Assembly (NCBI GenBank): GCA_003218615.1
Contig: QHOD01000001.1
Location: 1 to 26,639 of the forward strand
Length of the DNA: 26,639 nt
Direction of reading: 5' to 3'
Origin: Verrucomicrobiota bacterium
GTDB lineage: Bacteria > Verrucomicrobiota > Verrucomicrobiia > Chthoniobacterales > UBA10450
A model generated the notes under the pieces. That model had not been told where the DNA came from, searched no databases, and was given only the letters and a program-made list of their open reading frames with translations. This document shows, in pieces, positions 8,025 to 18,115 of the stretch; position 1 is the stretch's first letter, and the number at the start of each line of letters is the position of its first letter. The translations under genes were made by a program, and so were the position numbers.

Positions 8025-11000
8025 ATGGTCACAGGCAGCGCTAATCAGTCCGCCCGTGCGGAGCAACTCACCGCCATGCAAAAAGAGCGAAAAGAGCGTA
8101 TTGCGATTATTGGAGTCGGCTGCCGTTTCCCCGGTAGCGTGAGTTCGAAGGATGCTCTTTGGAAGCTTCTCATCGAAGGCCGGGAAGGCATCGTTGAAGT
8201 GCCACCCGATCGCTGGAACGTGGCGCGATACTATGATGCTGAACCGGGCGTAGGTGGCAAATCCATCGCATCGCGGGGCGGATTTATTGACGCCATCGAT
8301 CAATTTGATCCGCAGTTCTTTGGTATCTCGCCGCGGGAAGCGCCGTACGTGGATCCGCAACATCGTCTCCTCCTCGAGACCGCATGGGAGGCGATCGAAG
8401 ATGCCGGACTCGTCCTCGATTTCGAACGTGGAACCGATCTCGGAGTTTTCGTCGGCATTTCGCATAATGATTATCAGGGAATCCAAAGTTCGAGTTTTGA
8501 TCATTTCAGTATCGGACCTTATACGCCGACCGGGAGCGCGCACAGCATTGCCGCAAACCGGATTTCGTATTGCTTGAATCTGCGCGGCCCGAGTGTCGCG
8601 ATGGATACTGCGTGCTCGTCCGCGCTCACCGCAGTTCACGCGGCGTGCGAACACATCTGGGCCGGGCGTGGAGACGTTGCCTTGGCGGGAGGCGTCACAG
8701 TGATGATTTCGCCGGGCGGGTTTATCGGGTTTTCGCAGGCTGCGATGCTTTCGCCCGAAGGCCGGTGCGCCGCCTTTGATGCATCCGCCAGCGGATTTGT
8801 CCGTGGCGAAGGTGCGGGCATGGTCCTGCTCAAGCGACTTTCGCGGGCCATCGAGGATGGCGATCCGATTCAGGGCGTGATTTTGGGGACATCGATCAAT
8901 CAAGATGGACACACCAACGGCCTTTTTTTGCCCAGCCCGGAGGCGCAAACGCGACTGATGCGAGATGCCTGCAGGGATGCTGGAATCGCGCCCGAGGCGA
9001 TCGGCTTCGTCGAAGCCCACGGTACTGGGACGGCGGTGGGCGATCCGATCGAAGCGCATGCTCTCGCGGCGGCTCTCTGTGGCAATCGCCCCGCCAACGC
9101 GCCACTACCGATTGGGTCCATAAAAACCAATCTTGGCCATTTGGAAACCGCAGCGGGCATCGCGGGGCTTCTCAAAGCGATGCTGGTTCTTAAGCACGGC
9201 CAGATTCCACCCAGTCTCCATTTTTCGACGCCGAATCCTCATATTGATTTTGAAAAGCTCAAGTTACGCGTGCCCACTCGACTCGAGCCCTTCCCGAATG
9301 GGACGGCGGAGCGCATCGCAGGTGTCAACTCGTTCGGATTCGGCGGCGCGAATGCCCATGTCATCCTGGCTGAACCTCCGCCACATCAGTCGGAAAAATC
9401 TTTGGTAATTCCAAGTTTCCGTCCATGGCCAGTGATGCTTTCCGCTCGTTCGGAAGCATCGCTCCGGACTTCGGCGGCGAATCTGAGCGCATGGGTTAAG
9501 GAACACGCCAATGCCAACGGCAGCTCGCCGGTCCTGCCGGATCTCACCTATACCCTGGGAGCCCGGCGTAATCATCACTCGCACCGGCTTACTCTTGTGG
9601 CTGACAGTTGGGCGGAACTGGCCGAGGAACTCGACGCGTTTGCGAAGAAAGAAGAAAGCCAAAAGATCCGTGCGGCTTTCACAGCGCGCCGGGAACAACC
9701 GCCGCGTATTGGCTTCATCCTGAGCGGACAGGGTCCGCAATGGTGGGGAATGGGTCGCGAGTTGATGAAGCATGAGCCGGTGTTTCGCGAGGCGATTGAA
9801 AATTGTGATGCCGCGCTCCGTCCGTGGACCAGCTTCTCGCTTTTCGAAGAGCTCGGCCGCTCCGAAGAAACATCCCAGGTGCAACGGACAGAGATTGGAC
9901 AGCCGTCCATTTTTGCCATGCAAGTGGCGCTCGCGGCGCTTTGGAAATCCTGGGGCGTTCAGCCTTCAGCCGTCGTCGGCCATAGCGTGGGAGAAATTGC
10001 GGCTGCCTGCATCGCCGGAATTTTTTCTCTCGAGGAAGCAGCCCAGATCGTCGCGCTCCGAGCGCGCCTCATGGAATCCTGCGGACGCGGAGAAGGAACG
10101 ATGCTCGCTGTTGGATTGCCTGAGGAAGAAGCCTTGGCCCTCATTGCGCGGCACGACCGCACTGTAACGATTTCGGCCTTCAACGGGCCGCGTTCCATTA
10201 CGCTCTCGGGTCCGCGCGTTTCGCTCGAGGCCATGGCCGCCGAACTCGAGGCAGAGGGAGCGTTCGCGCGACTCGTTAGGGTCGATCATCCATTTCATCA
10301 TCCGCTGATGCGGCCGGCGTCAGAGGCTTTGGAGGCTGCGCTTGCCGATTTCAAACCGCAGCCGGCCGCCGTCCCATTCTTCAGCACAGTGACGGGTGAG
10401 CGTTGCGCTGGCGAGTCATGCAACGCCGCCTACTGGGCGCGCGGCATTCGCGAGCCAGTGCGTTTTGCCTCGGCCGTGCGCGCCCTGGCGGACTTCGGCG
10501 CGAATGTGTGGTTGGAACTCAATGCCCATCCCGCGCTGGCACATCCGGTCCAGGAATGCCTTTTGTCGCGCGGAGCCAAAACCACTGTGATCTCATCGGC
10601 CCGCCGCGAGCGCGAATTTGAATCCATGCTCGAGGCTGCAATGGATCTGCATCGCGCCGGCGTTCCGCTCGATTTTTCCGCGATGACGCCTTCCCGGCAT
10701 CTCCTCTCGCTGCCCGCTTACGCATGGGAAAAGACACGATGGTGGAACGAAGCAAGCGATGCTCGAGAGGGCCGCCTCGCACCGGGTGGACGCGGCCTGT
10801 TTGATGTCCGGCTGCCACGCGCGATGCCGACTTGGATCGTTCGGCTGGACTCGCGCCACATGGCTTTTCTGAAAGATCACAAAGTAGAAAACCATGTCAT
10901 TTTCCCGGCCGCGGCATTTGTTGAGATGGCGCTTGAAGCCGGTGTGCAGTTGTTCGAGGGACAACCGTTCGTGGTTGAGGATTTCGAAATCCGCAAGCCG

Positions 11001-14000
11001 CTCATCCTGCCAGATCCGCCATCGGGCATGCAGCTCGAATTCTCATACTCGCCTAACGAACGCACCTTTTCCATCCAAAGTCGTTTTGAACAAAGCGTCA
11101 CTTGGTCCCTCCACGTAGTGGGCTCGATGCGCAGTGAGCGCACGGAATCTATCTTTGCTTCCTCAAAATGGGCGAACCCTTCTGGCACTCAATCCGTCGC
11201 GGTCGACGGCTTCTACCGCCACATGAGCGATCTGGGCTTGCGTTATGGGGATGAATTTCGATCCGTTCGCGAATTATCGGCCGGTGCCGGGCGATCCGCA
11301 GGACGCGTGGTCTTGTCGGACGCGCTGTCTCCCCGCGCGGGCGAATATGCTCTGCACCCTGTTCTCTTCGACGGAGCGCTTCAAGTTTTCTCCGCTGGTG
11401 CGGCAACGGTTGAAGGTCGTCAGGCTCGGATGAAGCTGCCGGTCGGATTTCGCCGCATTCTCTTTCTCAGCTCACCGGGCCCCTCCAGTCGGGTGTGTGC
11501 AAAGGTGCGCGAGTTCGGCGATGACTTCCTTGAAGGCGACATCACTCTATATAATGAGGGAGGAAAACCTTGCGTGCTCGTGGATGGGTTTCGGGCTATC
11601 AGCCTTTCCGGAGCAGGCCGCTCCACCGGGCCCGGCGGCACACGCGATTTAACCTATCATGTCGCCTGGCAGCGGTTGCCTAACGAGTCGTCCAAGCCGG
11701 CGCTGCCGCCGCTGCCACTCGAAGAGTTAAAAGCCACGGCACAGAGTGCACTGGACCCTGTCCTTGATCTTCGCGGCCACTCCGAACTAGAGGCGGCGCT
11801 TTGCGCTCTTGACCATCTCGCGGCCGCGCAACTGGCGCGCGGATTGCAGGAAATGGGAGTGACTCCAAATACTCCCTTTGCTGCGGCGACGCTTCAGGTA
11901 GCAGCCCCGATGCGACCTGCCTTTGAGCGGCTAATGGCCGGTCTCGTTAGGCATGGCTTGCTCCGGAAAATAGAAGCGGGATTTGAACCTGTGCCTGGTT
12001 TTGCTGAAGCGGCAGATTCCGCCGGAAAAGTTCTGCGCCATTACATCGAGAAGCACCCAGGACATCTCCCCGAAGCGCTCCTTTGCGAAGGAAACTGTGC
12101 CGAGTTGGGTTCGATTTTGCGCGGCGAAAAGGATGCGGTGCAGGTCTTGTTCTCGGGGGTGGGCGCGGAGTTGCTCGATCATTTCTATGGCGACGGCCTC
12201 TTCACCAGTCACTGGCTCGCAGCCATCGCTGCGGCGGTGAGCACAGCGGGACGAAGCCTGCCCGAAGGACGCGGCCTGCGCATTCTGGAGATCGGCGCGG
12301 GGACAGGTGGATTGGCGTCGCAGGTTCTACCACTCTTGGAGCGCGGCTTGCATTCCTACACATTCAGCGATGTCTCGGCCGCATTTTTTTCCGGCGCTGC
12401 GCAGAAGCTGGCGGCGTTTTCGGAGGTGGAGTTTAAGATTTTCGATCTCGAAAAACCAGGCGTGGAGCAGGAACTCGAAGCAGGAGCATTCGACTTCATT
12501 ATCGGGACCAACGTGCTGCACGCCGTCCGCGATGTGCGTGCCGCATTGCATAATTTGCATGGCCTGCTTGCCCCTGGGGGCAGCCTCATTTTCATGGACA
12601 CGGCTACGCCACAACTTTGGATCGAGACGGTTTTCGGCCTAACGAGCGGATGGTGGCGGTTCACCGATCGCGATCTGCGCCCGGAACAACCGTTACTCAA
12701 GCGAGCCCAATGGGAAGCCGTCTTGCAGGAAACCGGTTTTACGGAAACGGCCTCGCTGCCCGGTCTGACCGGCCCAACCGGAGGCGAAGGTCAGATCGGC
12801 CTGCTGGCACGCAAGTCTTACGAGGAAACCTCGCTGCTGCCTGAGATCCACTTGCAGGTGCCCGAGGAGAAATCATGGCTCGTTTTCGCCGATGCCTCGG
12901 GAGTGGGTGAAGGGCTGGTTTCGCGACTTCGCGCACTTGGCGCCAGGTGCCGTGTCGCCACGCACGGAAACCATTTCGAGTTCGATGGCTACGACGCTTT
13001 TACCTTGCGACCGGAGGCGCTGGAAGACTGGCAACAGCTTGCCAAGAACTGTGGGGACTCCTCACCTGAGCGCATCGTCTATCTTTGGAATCTCGATGCG
13101 CCTGTCGATGGTGCCGACATGGCGACCAATCTGGACGCACTGTTGCACCTTACGCAGGCGTTCGAATCCGCGGCGCCCGCGGCAAGATTGCGCCTGGACT
13201 TGGTAACGCGGAACGCTCAGCCCGCTGGCAACCATCCTCGACCGACGGCGGTGGCGCAGGCGCCGAGCATCGGATTGATGCGCGTGATTTTGAACGAACA
13301 TTCCAATCTCTCCTGGCGCGCCATCGATCTTCCCCCGGAACCGTCCCAGGCAGATGCGGAATCGATTTGGAGCGAGCTATCTCGCAAAGACGGGGAGCGC
13401 GAGGTCGCCCTGCGGGGTGAAGCTCGCTATGTTCGACGATTGGACCGCGGTCGCCTGTCCTCCGAACAGTGGCTCGATCCGATCCTGCCGTTGCGTCTGG
13501 AATGCCGCGAACGCGGCCGCCTCGACACCCTCCGCTTCACACCGTTCGAAATGCCGCCGTGCGGCCCGGGTCAGGTGTTGATTGAAGTGAAAGCGGCCGG
13601 AATGAATTTCCGCGACGTGCTCAAGTCGCTGGCACTTTATCCAGGCGATGCTCCGGATGCGCGAATTTTTGGCGACGAAGTCAGCGGTGTCGTCAAAGCA
13701 GTTGGCTCGGACGTCACGCACCTCGCGCCAGGAGATCGTGTGTTCGGGCTCGCCGTCTTCGGAATTGCCACCCACGCGATAGCGCGCGCGGGAGACGTGA
13801 GACGGATTCCGGCACATCTGACATTTGAAGCGGCATCAACGTTACCGGTCGTTTTCATGACCGCGTGGTATGCGTTGCGAAACGTGGGGCGGCTGCGTGA
13901 GCGCGAGCGCGTTCTTGTTCACGCGGGGGCAGGTGGAGTCGGAATGGCCGCGATCCAGATCGCGCTGCATCTTGGAGCGGAAGTGGTCGCCACCGCCGGT

Positions 14001-15737
14001 AGCCCGGGCAAACGTGCTTTGCTCAAAACGCTGGGGGTAGAACACGTAATCGACTCGCGACGCGGCGATTTTGCCGAGTCAGTGCTGAAGATAACCGCTG
14101 GCAAAGGAGTGGATTTAGTACTGAATGCACTCGCTGGGGAAGCGATCCCGATGGGTCTTTCCTGTCTCGCCGAATTCGGCCGCTTCATCGAAATTGGCAA
14201 GCGCGACATCTATCAAAACGCGCGCATCCCGCTTCGGCCTCTGCGCAATAATGCGTCGTTCCATGTCGTGGCTATGGATGCGGTTTTCCAAGGTAACGAA
14301 GAACTGACCCGCCAGATGCTGGAGGAGATTTCTGACTTGGTCGAAAAGGGTGCGTTGCGGCCGCTTCCCTTCCGGGCCTTTCCTGCCTCCCGCATTAATT
14401 CCGCGTTTCGGCTCATGGCTGGCGGAAAACACATCGGCAAGGTTGTGGTCGCATTCCCGACGCCCTTTGTTTCGCGGCGCGGTGAATTGCCCGCTCCGGG
14501 ATTCGAGGTCAAGCCGGACGGATGCTATCTCATTACCGGCGCTTTCGGCGGATACGGCAAAGTGCTGGCTCGGTGGCTGGCTGAACGCGGTGCGCGCCAT
14601 CTTGTGCTCACGAGCCGGAGCGGCGCTTCCAGTCCGGAGGCCAGCAAGTTTGTTGAGGATCTGCAGAAGCGCGGTGTGGAAGTGCGCGTTGTGTCTGCAG
14701 ATGTCGGCGCGCCCGATGACGTGCGGCGACTTTTTGCGGAAATCAAGTCCGGCGTGCAGCCGCTGCGCGGTCTCTTTCATCTTGCGATGGTAATCGATGA
14801 TGCCCCGCTCGCAGCGCTCACGCCCGAGCGCATGCGAACCGTCTTCGGACCAAAGGCGCACGGCGCATGGCTCCTCCACGAAGCAACCCGAGGAATGAAA
14901 CTCGATTGCTTTGTGATGTTCTCTTCTATCTCAAGCATTTTTGGTAATCCCGCTCAGGGAAATTACAGTGCCGCGAACGCTTTTCTCGACAGCCTGGCGC
15001 ACCATCGTCAGGCGCTCGGCCTTCCCGCGCTTACTATCAACTGGGGCGTACTCGGCGGCGAAGGCTTTGTCGCGCGCAACGAGCGTGTCGCCGATTTCCT
15101 TGCCCGGCAGGGAACAAATGCAATTTCCCCCGGTGAAGCGATGGCGCTGCTTGAGTCGTTCCTTTGTGCGGGAAGCGCCCAAGCGATTTTGATTCGGGTT
15201 GATTGGAAAAAATGGCGTCAATTCTTTAGAAGCATGCAGGAAAATCCCTTTCCGGAGCGCATTTTCGCCGCGCTTGAAAATGAGGAGACAGTCGGTGCGA
15301 CGAGTAGCTGGCGAAGCCGGATCGACGCAGCTTCTCCGGCTGAAAAGCAGGCTGTTATATGCCAGGCTGTCCGGGAAGCCGTTGGCTCCGTTTTGCGAGT
15401 CAAGCCTGACAGCCTCCGTGACGATCAACCGCTCAACGATCTTGGACTGGATTCGTTGATGGGTGTCGAAATCGAGACGTCGCTTGAAGGGGCGGTCGGC
15501 GTTGCTCTACCTCCAACGAGTCTGATGCGAGCTCGGACCATCGGTCAAATCGCGTCGTTGATCGCGGGTCACCTCGGTGGTGCGGCACCCGCCGCGGAAT
15601 CCACGCCAGTGTCGGCGCAAACCGAAGCCACTGGTGCAGTTAACCTCGATGCGATTTCCGACGAAGAAATCGAACGCCTGCTCGGGCGCGAATCCGACTC
15701 CGAAGAGACCGAAGCGATCGAAGACGCCAAGCGTTAA
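8025..15737 (+). CDS. Single-module highly reducing type I polyketide synthase, KS-AT-DH-cMT-ER-KR-ACP, no thioesterase
   Basis: KS DTACSS, HGTGT, KTNLGH; AT GQGPQW, GHSVG, HPFH; DH HKVENHVIFP, DGALQ; MT LEIGAGTGG, TNVLHA; ER NFRD, HAGAGGVG; KR ITGAFGGYG, VIDD, YSAAN; ACP LGLDSL; acidic C-terminal tail. Start may be the later MQKERK Met. Confidence 0.96.
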   Translation: MVTGSANQSARAEQLTAMQKERKERIAIIGVGCRFPGSVSSKDALWKLLIEGREGIVEVPPDRWNVARYYDAEPGVGGKSIASRGGFIDAIDQFDPQFFGISPREAPYVDPQHRLLLETAWEAIEDAGLVLDFERGTDLGVFVGISHNDYQGIQSSSFDHFSIGPYTPTGSAHSIAANRISYCLNLRGPSVAMDTACSSALTAVHAACEHIWAGRGDVALAGGVTVMISPGGFIGFSQAAMLSPEGRCAAFDASASGFVRGEGAGMVLLKRLSRAIEDGDPIQGVILGTSINQDGHTNGLFLPSPEAQTRLMRDACRDAGIAPEAIGFVEAHGTGTAVGDPIEAHALAAALCGNRPANAPLPIGSIKTNLGHLETAAGIAGLLKAMLVLKHGQIPPSLHFSTPNPHIDFEKLKLRVPTRLEPFPNGTAERIAGVNSFGFGGANAHVILAEPPPHQSEKSLVIPSFRPWPVMLSARSEASLRTSAANLSAWVKEHANANGSSPVLPDLTYTLGARRNHHSHRLTLVADSWAELAEELDAFAKKEESQKIRAAFTARREQPPRIGFILSGQGPQWWGMGRELMKHEPVFREAIENCDAALRPWTSFSLFEELGRSEETSQVQRTEIGQPSIFAMQVALAALWKSWGVQPSAVVGHSVGEIAAACIAGIFSLEEAAQIVALRARLMESCGRGEGTMLAVGLPEEEALALIARHDRTVTISAFNGPRSITLSGPRVSLEAMAAELEAEGAFARLVRVDHPFHHPLMRPASEALEAALADFKPQPAAVPFFSTVTGERCAGESCNAAYWARGIREPVRFASAVRALADFGANVWLELNAHPALAHPVQECLLSRGAKTTVISSARREREFESMLEAAMDLHRAGVPLDFSAMTPSRHLLSLPAYAWEKTRWWNEASDAREGRLAPGGRGLFDVRLPRAMPTWIVRLDSRHMAFLKDHKVENHVIFPAAAFVEMALEAGVQLFEGQPFVVEDFEIRKPLILPDPPSGMQLEFSYSPNERTFSIQSRFEQSVTWSLHVVGSMRSERTESIFASSKWANPSGTQSVAVDGFYRHMSDLGLRYGDEFRSVRELSAGAGRSAGRVVLSDALSPRAGEYALHPVLFDGALQVFSAGAATVEGRQARMKLPVGFRRILFLSSPGPSSRVCAKVREFGDDFLEGDITLYNEGGKPCVLVDGFRAISLSGAGRSTGPGGTRDLTYHVAWQRLPNESSKPALPPLPLEELKATAQSALDPVLDLRGHSELEAALCALDHLAAAQLARGLQEMGVTPNTPFAAATLQVAAPMRPAFERLMAGLVRHGLLRKIEAGFEPVPGFAEAADSAGKVLRHYIEKHPGHLPEALLCEGNCAELGSILRGEKDAVQVLFSGVGAELLDHFYGDGLFTSHWLAAIAAAVSTAGRSLPEGRGLRILEIGAGTGGLASQVLPLLERGLHSYTFSDVSAAFFSGAAQKLAAFSEVEFKIFDLEKPGVEQELEAGAFDFIIGTNVLHAVRDVRAALHNLHGLLAPGGSLIFMDTATPQLWIETVFGLTSGWWRFTDRDLRPEQPLLKRAQWEAVLQETGFTETASLPGLTGPTGGEGQIGLLARKSYEETSLLPEIHLQVPEEKSWLVFADASGVGEGLVSRLRALGARCRVATHGNHFEFDGYDAFTLRPEALEDWQQLAKNCGDSSPERIVYLWNLDAPVDGADMATNLDALLHLTQAFESAAPAARLRLDLVTRNAQPAGNHPRPTAVAQAPSIGLMRVILNEHSNLSWRAIDLPPEPSQADAESIWSELSRKDGEREVALRGEARYVRRLDRGRLSSEQWLDPILPLRLECRERGRLDTLRFTPFEMPPCGPGQVLIEVKAAGMNFRDVLKSLALYPGDAPDARIFGDEVSGVVKAVGSDVTHLAPGDRVFGLAVFGIATHAIARAGDVRRIPAHLTFEAASTLPVVFMTAWYALRNVGRLRERERVLVHAGAGGVGMAAIQIALHLGAEVVATAGSPGKRALLKTLGVEHVIDSRRGDFAESVLKITAGKGVDLVLNALAGEAIPMGLSCLAEFGRFIEIGKRDIYQNARIPLRPLRNNASFHVVAMDAVFQGNEELTRQMLEEISDLVEKGALRPLPFRAFPASRINSAFRLMAGGKHIGKVVVAFPTPFVSRRGELPAPGFEVKPDGCYLITGAFGGYGKVLARWLAERGARHLVLTSRSGASSPEASKFVEDLQKRGVEVRVVSADVGAPDDVRRLFAEIKSGVQPLRGLFHLAMVIDDAPLAALTPERMRTVFGPKAHGAWLLHEATRGMKLDCFVMFSSISSIFGNPAQGNYSAANAFLDSLAHHRQALGLPALTINWGVLGGEGFVARNERVADFLARQGTNAISPGEAMALLESFLCAGSAQAILIRVDWKKWRQFFRSMQENPFPERIFAALENEETVGATSSWRSRIDAASPAEKQAVICQAVREAVGSVLRVKPDSLRDDQPLNDLGLDSLMGVEIETSLEGAVGVALPPTSLMRARTIGQIASLIAGHLGGAAPAAESTPVSAQTEATGAVNLDAISDEEIERLLGRESDSEETEAIEDAKR

Positions 15738-15760
15738 ATGCCGGCGAGTGTGTAACCGCG

Positions 15761-17107
15761 ATGCCGGCCGATCAACGCGCTCGTCTCAAACAATGGCTCG
15801 ATCGCGGTGAAGCCCAGCTTTATCCGTTGACTTTCCCACAACGAGAACTTTGGGAAGTCTCCCCGGTGCCGGCTGAGGACAACGCGAATCACATCTGCTG
15901 TCTCATCAATGTACACGGACTCCTGACTGAGCGAGAGTGTCGCGCTGCGATCCAGCGAGTGGTCGATCGTCAGGAGGTTTTGCGTCTCTCGATCCTTCCT
16001 GGCAAAGAGCGTCCGCTCCAAATGATCCGCAAGAGTTGCGGGATCAATTTTGAATTTCGCGCAGTTGCGCCAAAAGATGCGCAACCGGAAGCGATTGAAG
16101 AATTAGCAGCAGAGATTTTCCGCGTGCCATTCGACTTCGTGCGAGGGCCGCTCTACCGCGCGGCCGACTTGCGTCGGGCGGGCAACGATCACGTGTTGGT
16201 TTTCGCGATTCATCACGCCATTGCTGACGGCTGGAGCCTGGGGGTATTAGTTCAGGACCTTTTTGCTGCTTACATCGAGGTCGTAATGGGATCGTCCGAG
16301 GCTTTGCCGCCCGTTCCACAAACCTACACGGCGTGGGGCGCAACTGAGCGCGCTTTCTGGCAACCGGCGGTTGTGGAGCAGCGCGTCGAGTTTTGGAGGG
16401 CCAAGTTAGCCGGTTCGCTTCGGATGTGGAATCTGCCGATCGCGCCGGGCCCACCCAAGCGATGGCTGTCCGCAATTCCTGCGAATCTGACTGCCGAAAC
16501 GCGCGAGCTGGCCCGTCAGACTACCGTAACATTCTTCAGCGTGCTGTTTGGGGCCTTCCAAATTGCGTTCTCCGAATGGAGCGGATTCGATAATTTGGTA
16601 GTGGGAACGCCGGTCGCCAATCGCACCAGGCAAACCGCGCGAGAAACCATGGGATATTACGCGGGTATTGTACCTCTGCGCGGGCAGATCGATCGCTCGC
16701 GGATTGCGGCCGATTATTTACGAGCGGGACATCAACAAACGATTGACTCGTTTGCCAACGCCATCCCTTTCGTCGAGTTGGTGCGCGCGCTCGGCGAGCA
16801 ATCGGAAGCGGGATATAATCCGCTTTTCGAGGTTCGCTTTGCTTTGCAGAACCATCCCATGCCGGAGGTTTCGCTGCCGAATCTTTCCGCGCGTCTGAGC
16901 ATGCGTTCGACGGGAACCGCACGTTTCCAGCTCGGATGCGAAATCACTGAAGCCGGCGACGGTCTGGAAGTCGCCTGGCTTTTTCGCGAGAATTTGTTTT
17001 CCCGACGTGACATTGAAAATCTCGATGGCATATTTCAGCGAGTTCTGGCGGGCATCTGCCGCTCGCCGGAGAACCGAATCTCTGAAGTACTGAACCGATC
17101 TCAATGA
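15761..17107 (+). CDS. Stand-alone condensation (C) domain protein / PapA-like acyltransferase
   Basis: YPLTFPQRELW, intact HHAIADG (HHxxxDG), VVGTPVANR, YNPLFEVRF. No A or PCP domain in the 448 aa. Confidence 0.92.
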   Translation: MPADQRARLKQWLDRGEAQLYPLTFPQRELWEVSPVPAEDNANHICCLINVHGLLTERECRAAIQRVVDRQEVLRLSILPGKERPLQMIRKSCGINFEFRAVAPKDAQPEAIEELAAEIFRVPFDFVRGPLYRAADLRRAGNDHVLVFAIHHAIADGWSLGVLVQDLFAAYIEVVMGSSEALPPVPQTYTAWGATERAFWQPAVVEQRVEFWRAKLAGSLRMWNLPIAPGPPKRWLSAIPANLTAETRELARQTTVTFFSVLFGAFQIAFSEWSGFDNLVVGTPVANRTRQTARETMGYYAGIVPLRGQIDRSRIAADYLRAGHQQTIDSFANAIPFVELVRALGEQSEAGYNPLFEVRFALQNHPMPEVSLPNLSARLSMRSTGTARFQLGCEITEAGDGLEVAWLFRENLFSRRDIENLDGIFQRVLAGICRSPENRISEVLNRSQ

Positions 17108-18066
17108 ACGCCGCCATCGACGAAGATTTCAGCCAGATGCATGAGCCGCACTGGGTATTGCGCGGGGCGTTTCAGCTTCTTGTTTTCGGTTTGGCTTTCG
17201 CTGAGGTGATGCTCGCTGTAACGGTGCACCGCGGATTGATCTGGCTGGCGGTGCCGCTCGTGCTTGTTGCCAGCCATTTGATGCACGGCATGCTCATCGG
17301 TCTGCACGAGGCCTCTCACGGGCTTCTCCGAAAAAGTCGCCGCCTCAATGAGTTTGATGGAGTCGTGATCGGAACGTTGAGTCTGATGAGCTTCAGTCTC
17401 TATCGCGTCGTTCATCAAACGCATCATGCGTATCTCGCGACGGAGCGAGATCACGAATTTTGGCCACTCTCTCAAACGACCGTGCCACGGTGGAAGAGAT
17501 GTCTGGCCGCATTTTTCGAGCTGAATCTCGGATTGGTTTATACTCCGTTTGTTTTCCTGCGAGCCTTCTTTTGTTCTCCTTCGCCGGTCCGAAACAAGCG
17601 TGTGCGCCGCCGCATTTGGGCGGAATTGGCGCTGACAGTTGTGACCTGGACGTTTATTCTTTGGGTGATCGCAACATTCGGCCTGTGGAAATATTTCATC
17701 TGGATGTATCTCGCGCCGGCAGTCCTGGCGGCTAATTTGCAGAGTTGGCGCAAATACATCGAGCACGTTGGAATGACGGGCGACACGGTAAATAGCACAA
17801 CTCGGAGCATCGTCGCGAAAAGCTGGCTGGGGCGGCTGGTTGCTTTCACGCTGCTTCACGAACCGTTTCATGGAGTTCATCATCAACGGGCCGGTCTGCC
17901 TCATTCCGTTTTGCCGCAACACGTTGAAAAATTGCAGCCAAAAAAACCTGGCGAACGAGCCCCGTACACAAGTTATCGTTACGCCTTGATTGAACTGGTG
18001 CGCTCCCTTGCCGATCCGCGCTTCGGGCCGCAATCGCGAACGCTTGAGTCAGTCGCCGGCAAATAA
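17104..18066 (+). CDS. Membrane fatty acid desaturase/hydroxylase-family protein
   Basis: Three His boxes HEASH, HQTHH and HGVHH with hydrophobic segments. ATGA overlap with the C-domain stop. Confidence 0.92.
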   Translation: MNAAIDEDFSQMHEPHWVLRGAFQLLVFGLAFAEVMLAVTVHRGLIWLAVPLVLVASHLMHGMLIGLHEASHGLLRKSRRLNEFDGVVIGTLSLMSFSLYRVVHQTHHAYLATERDHEFWPLSQTTVPRWKRCLAAFFELNLGLVYTPFVFLRAFFCSPSPVRNKRVRRRIWAELALTVVTWTFILWVIATFGLWKYFIWMYLAPAVLAANLQSWRKYIEHVGMTGDTVNSTTRSIVAKSWLGRLVAFTLLHEPFHGVHHQRAGLPHSVLPQHVEKLQPKKPGERAPYTSYRYALIELVRSLADPRFGPQSRTLESVAGK

Positions 18067-18115
18067 AATGTTTTTTTGGGGGCCATGTCTGCTCTCGGCT
18101 GCGAATCCCCATTAT

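Noticed and set aside
7989-9059. Long antisense ORFs over the PKS KS (also 9264-9923, 14115-14879) and over the desaturase (17101-18033)
   Set aside because: They are shadows of GC-rich genes with clear motifs on the opposite strand and show no recognisable domains.
15738-15768. Five-codon mini-ORF and ATGCCGGC duplication before the C-domain start
   Set aside because: An 8-nt repeat, out of frame with the gene; no evidence of function.
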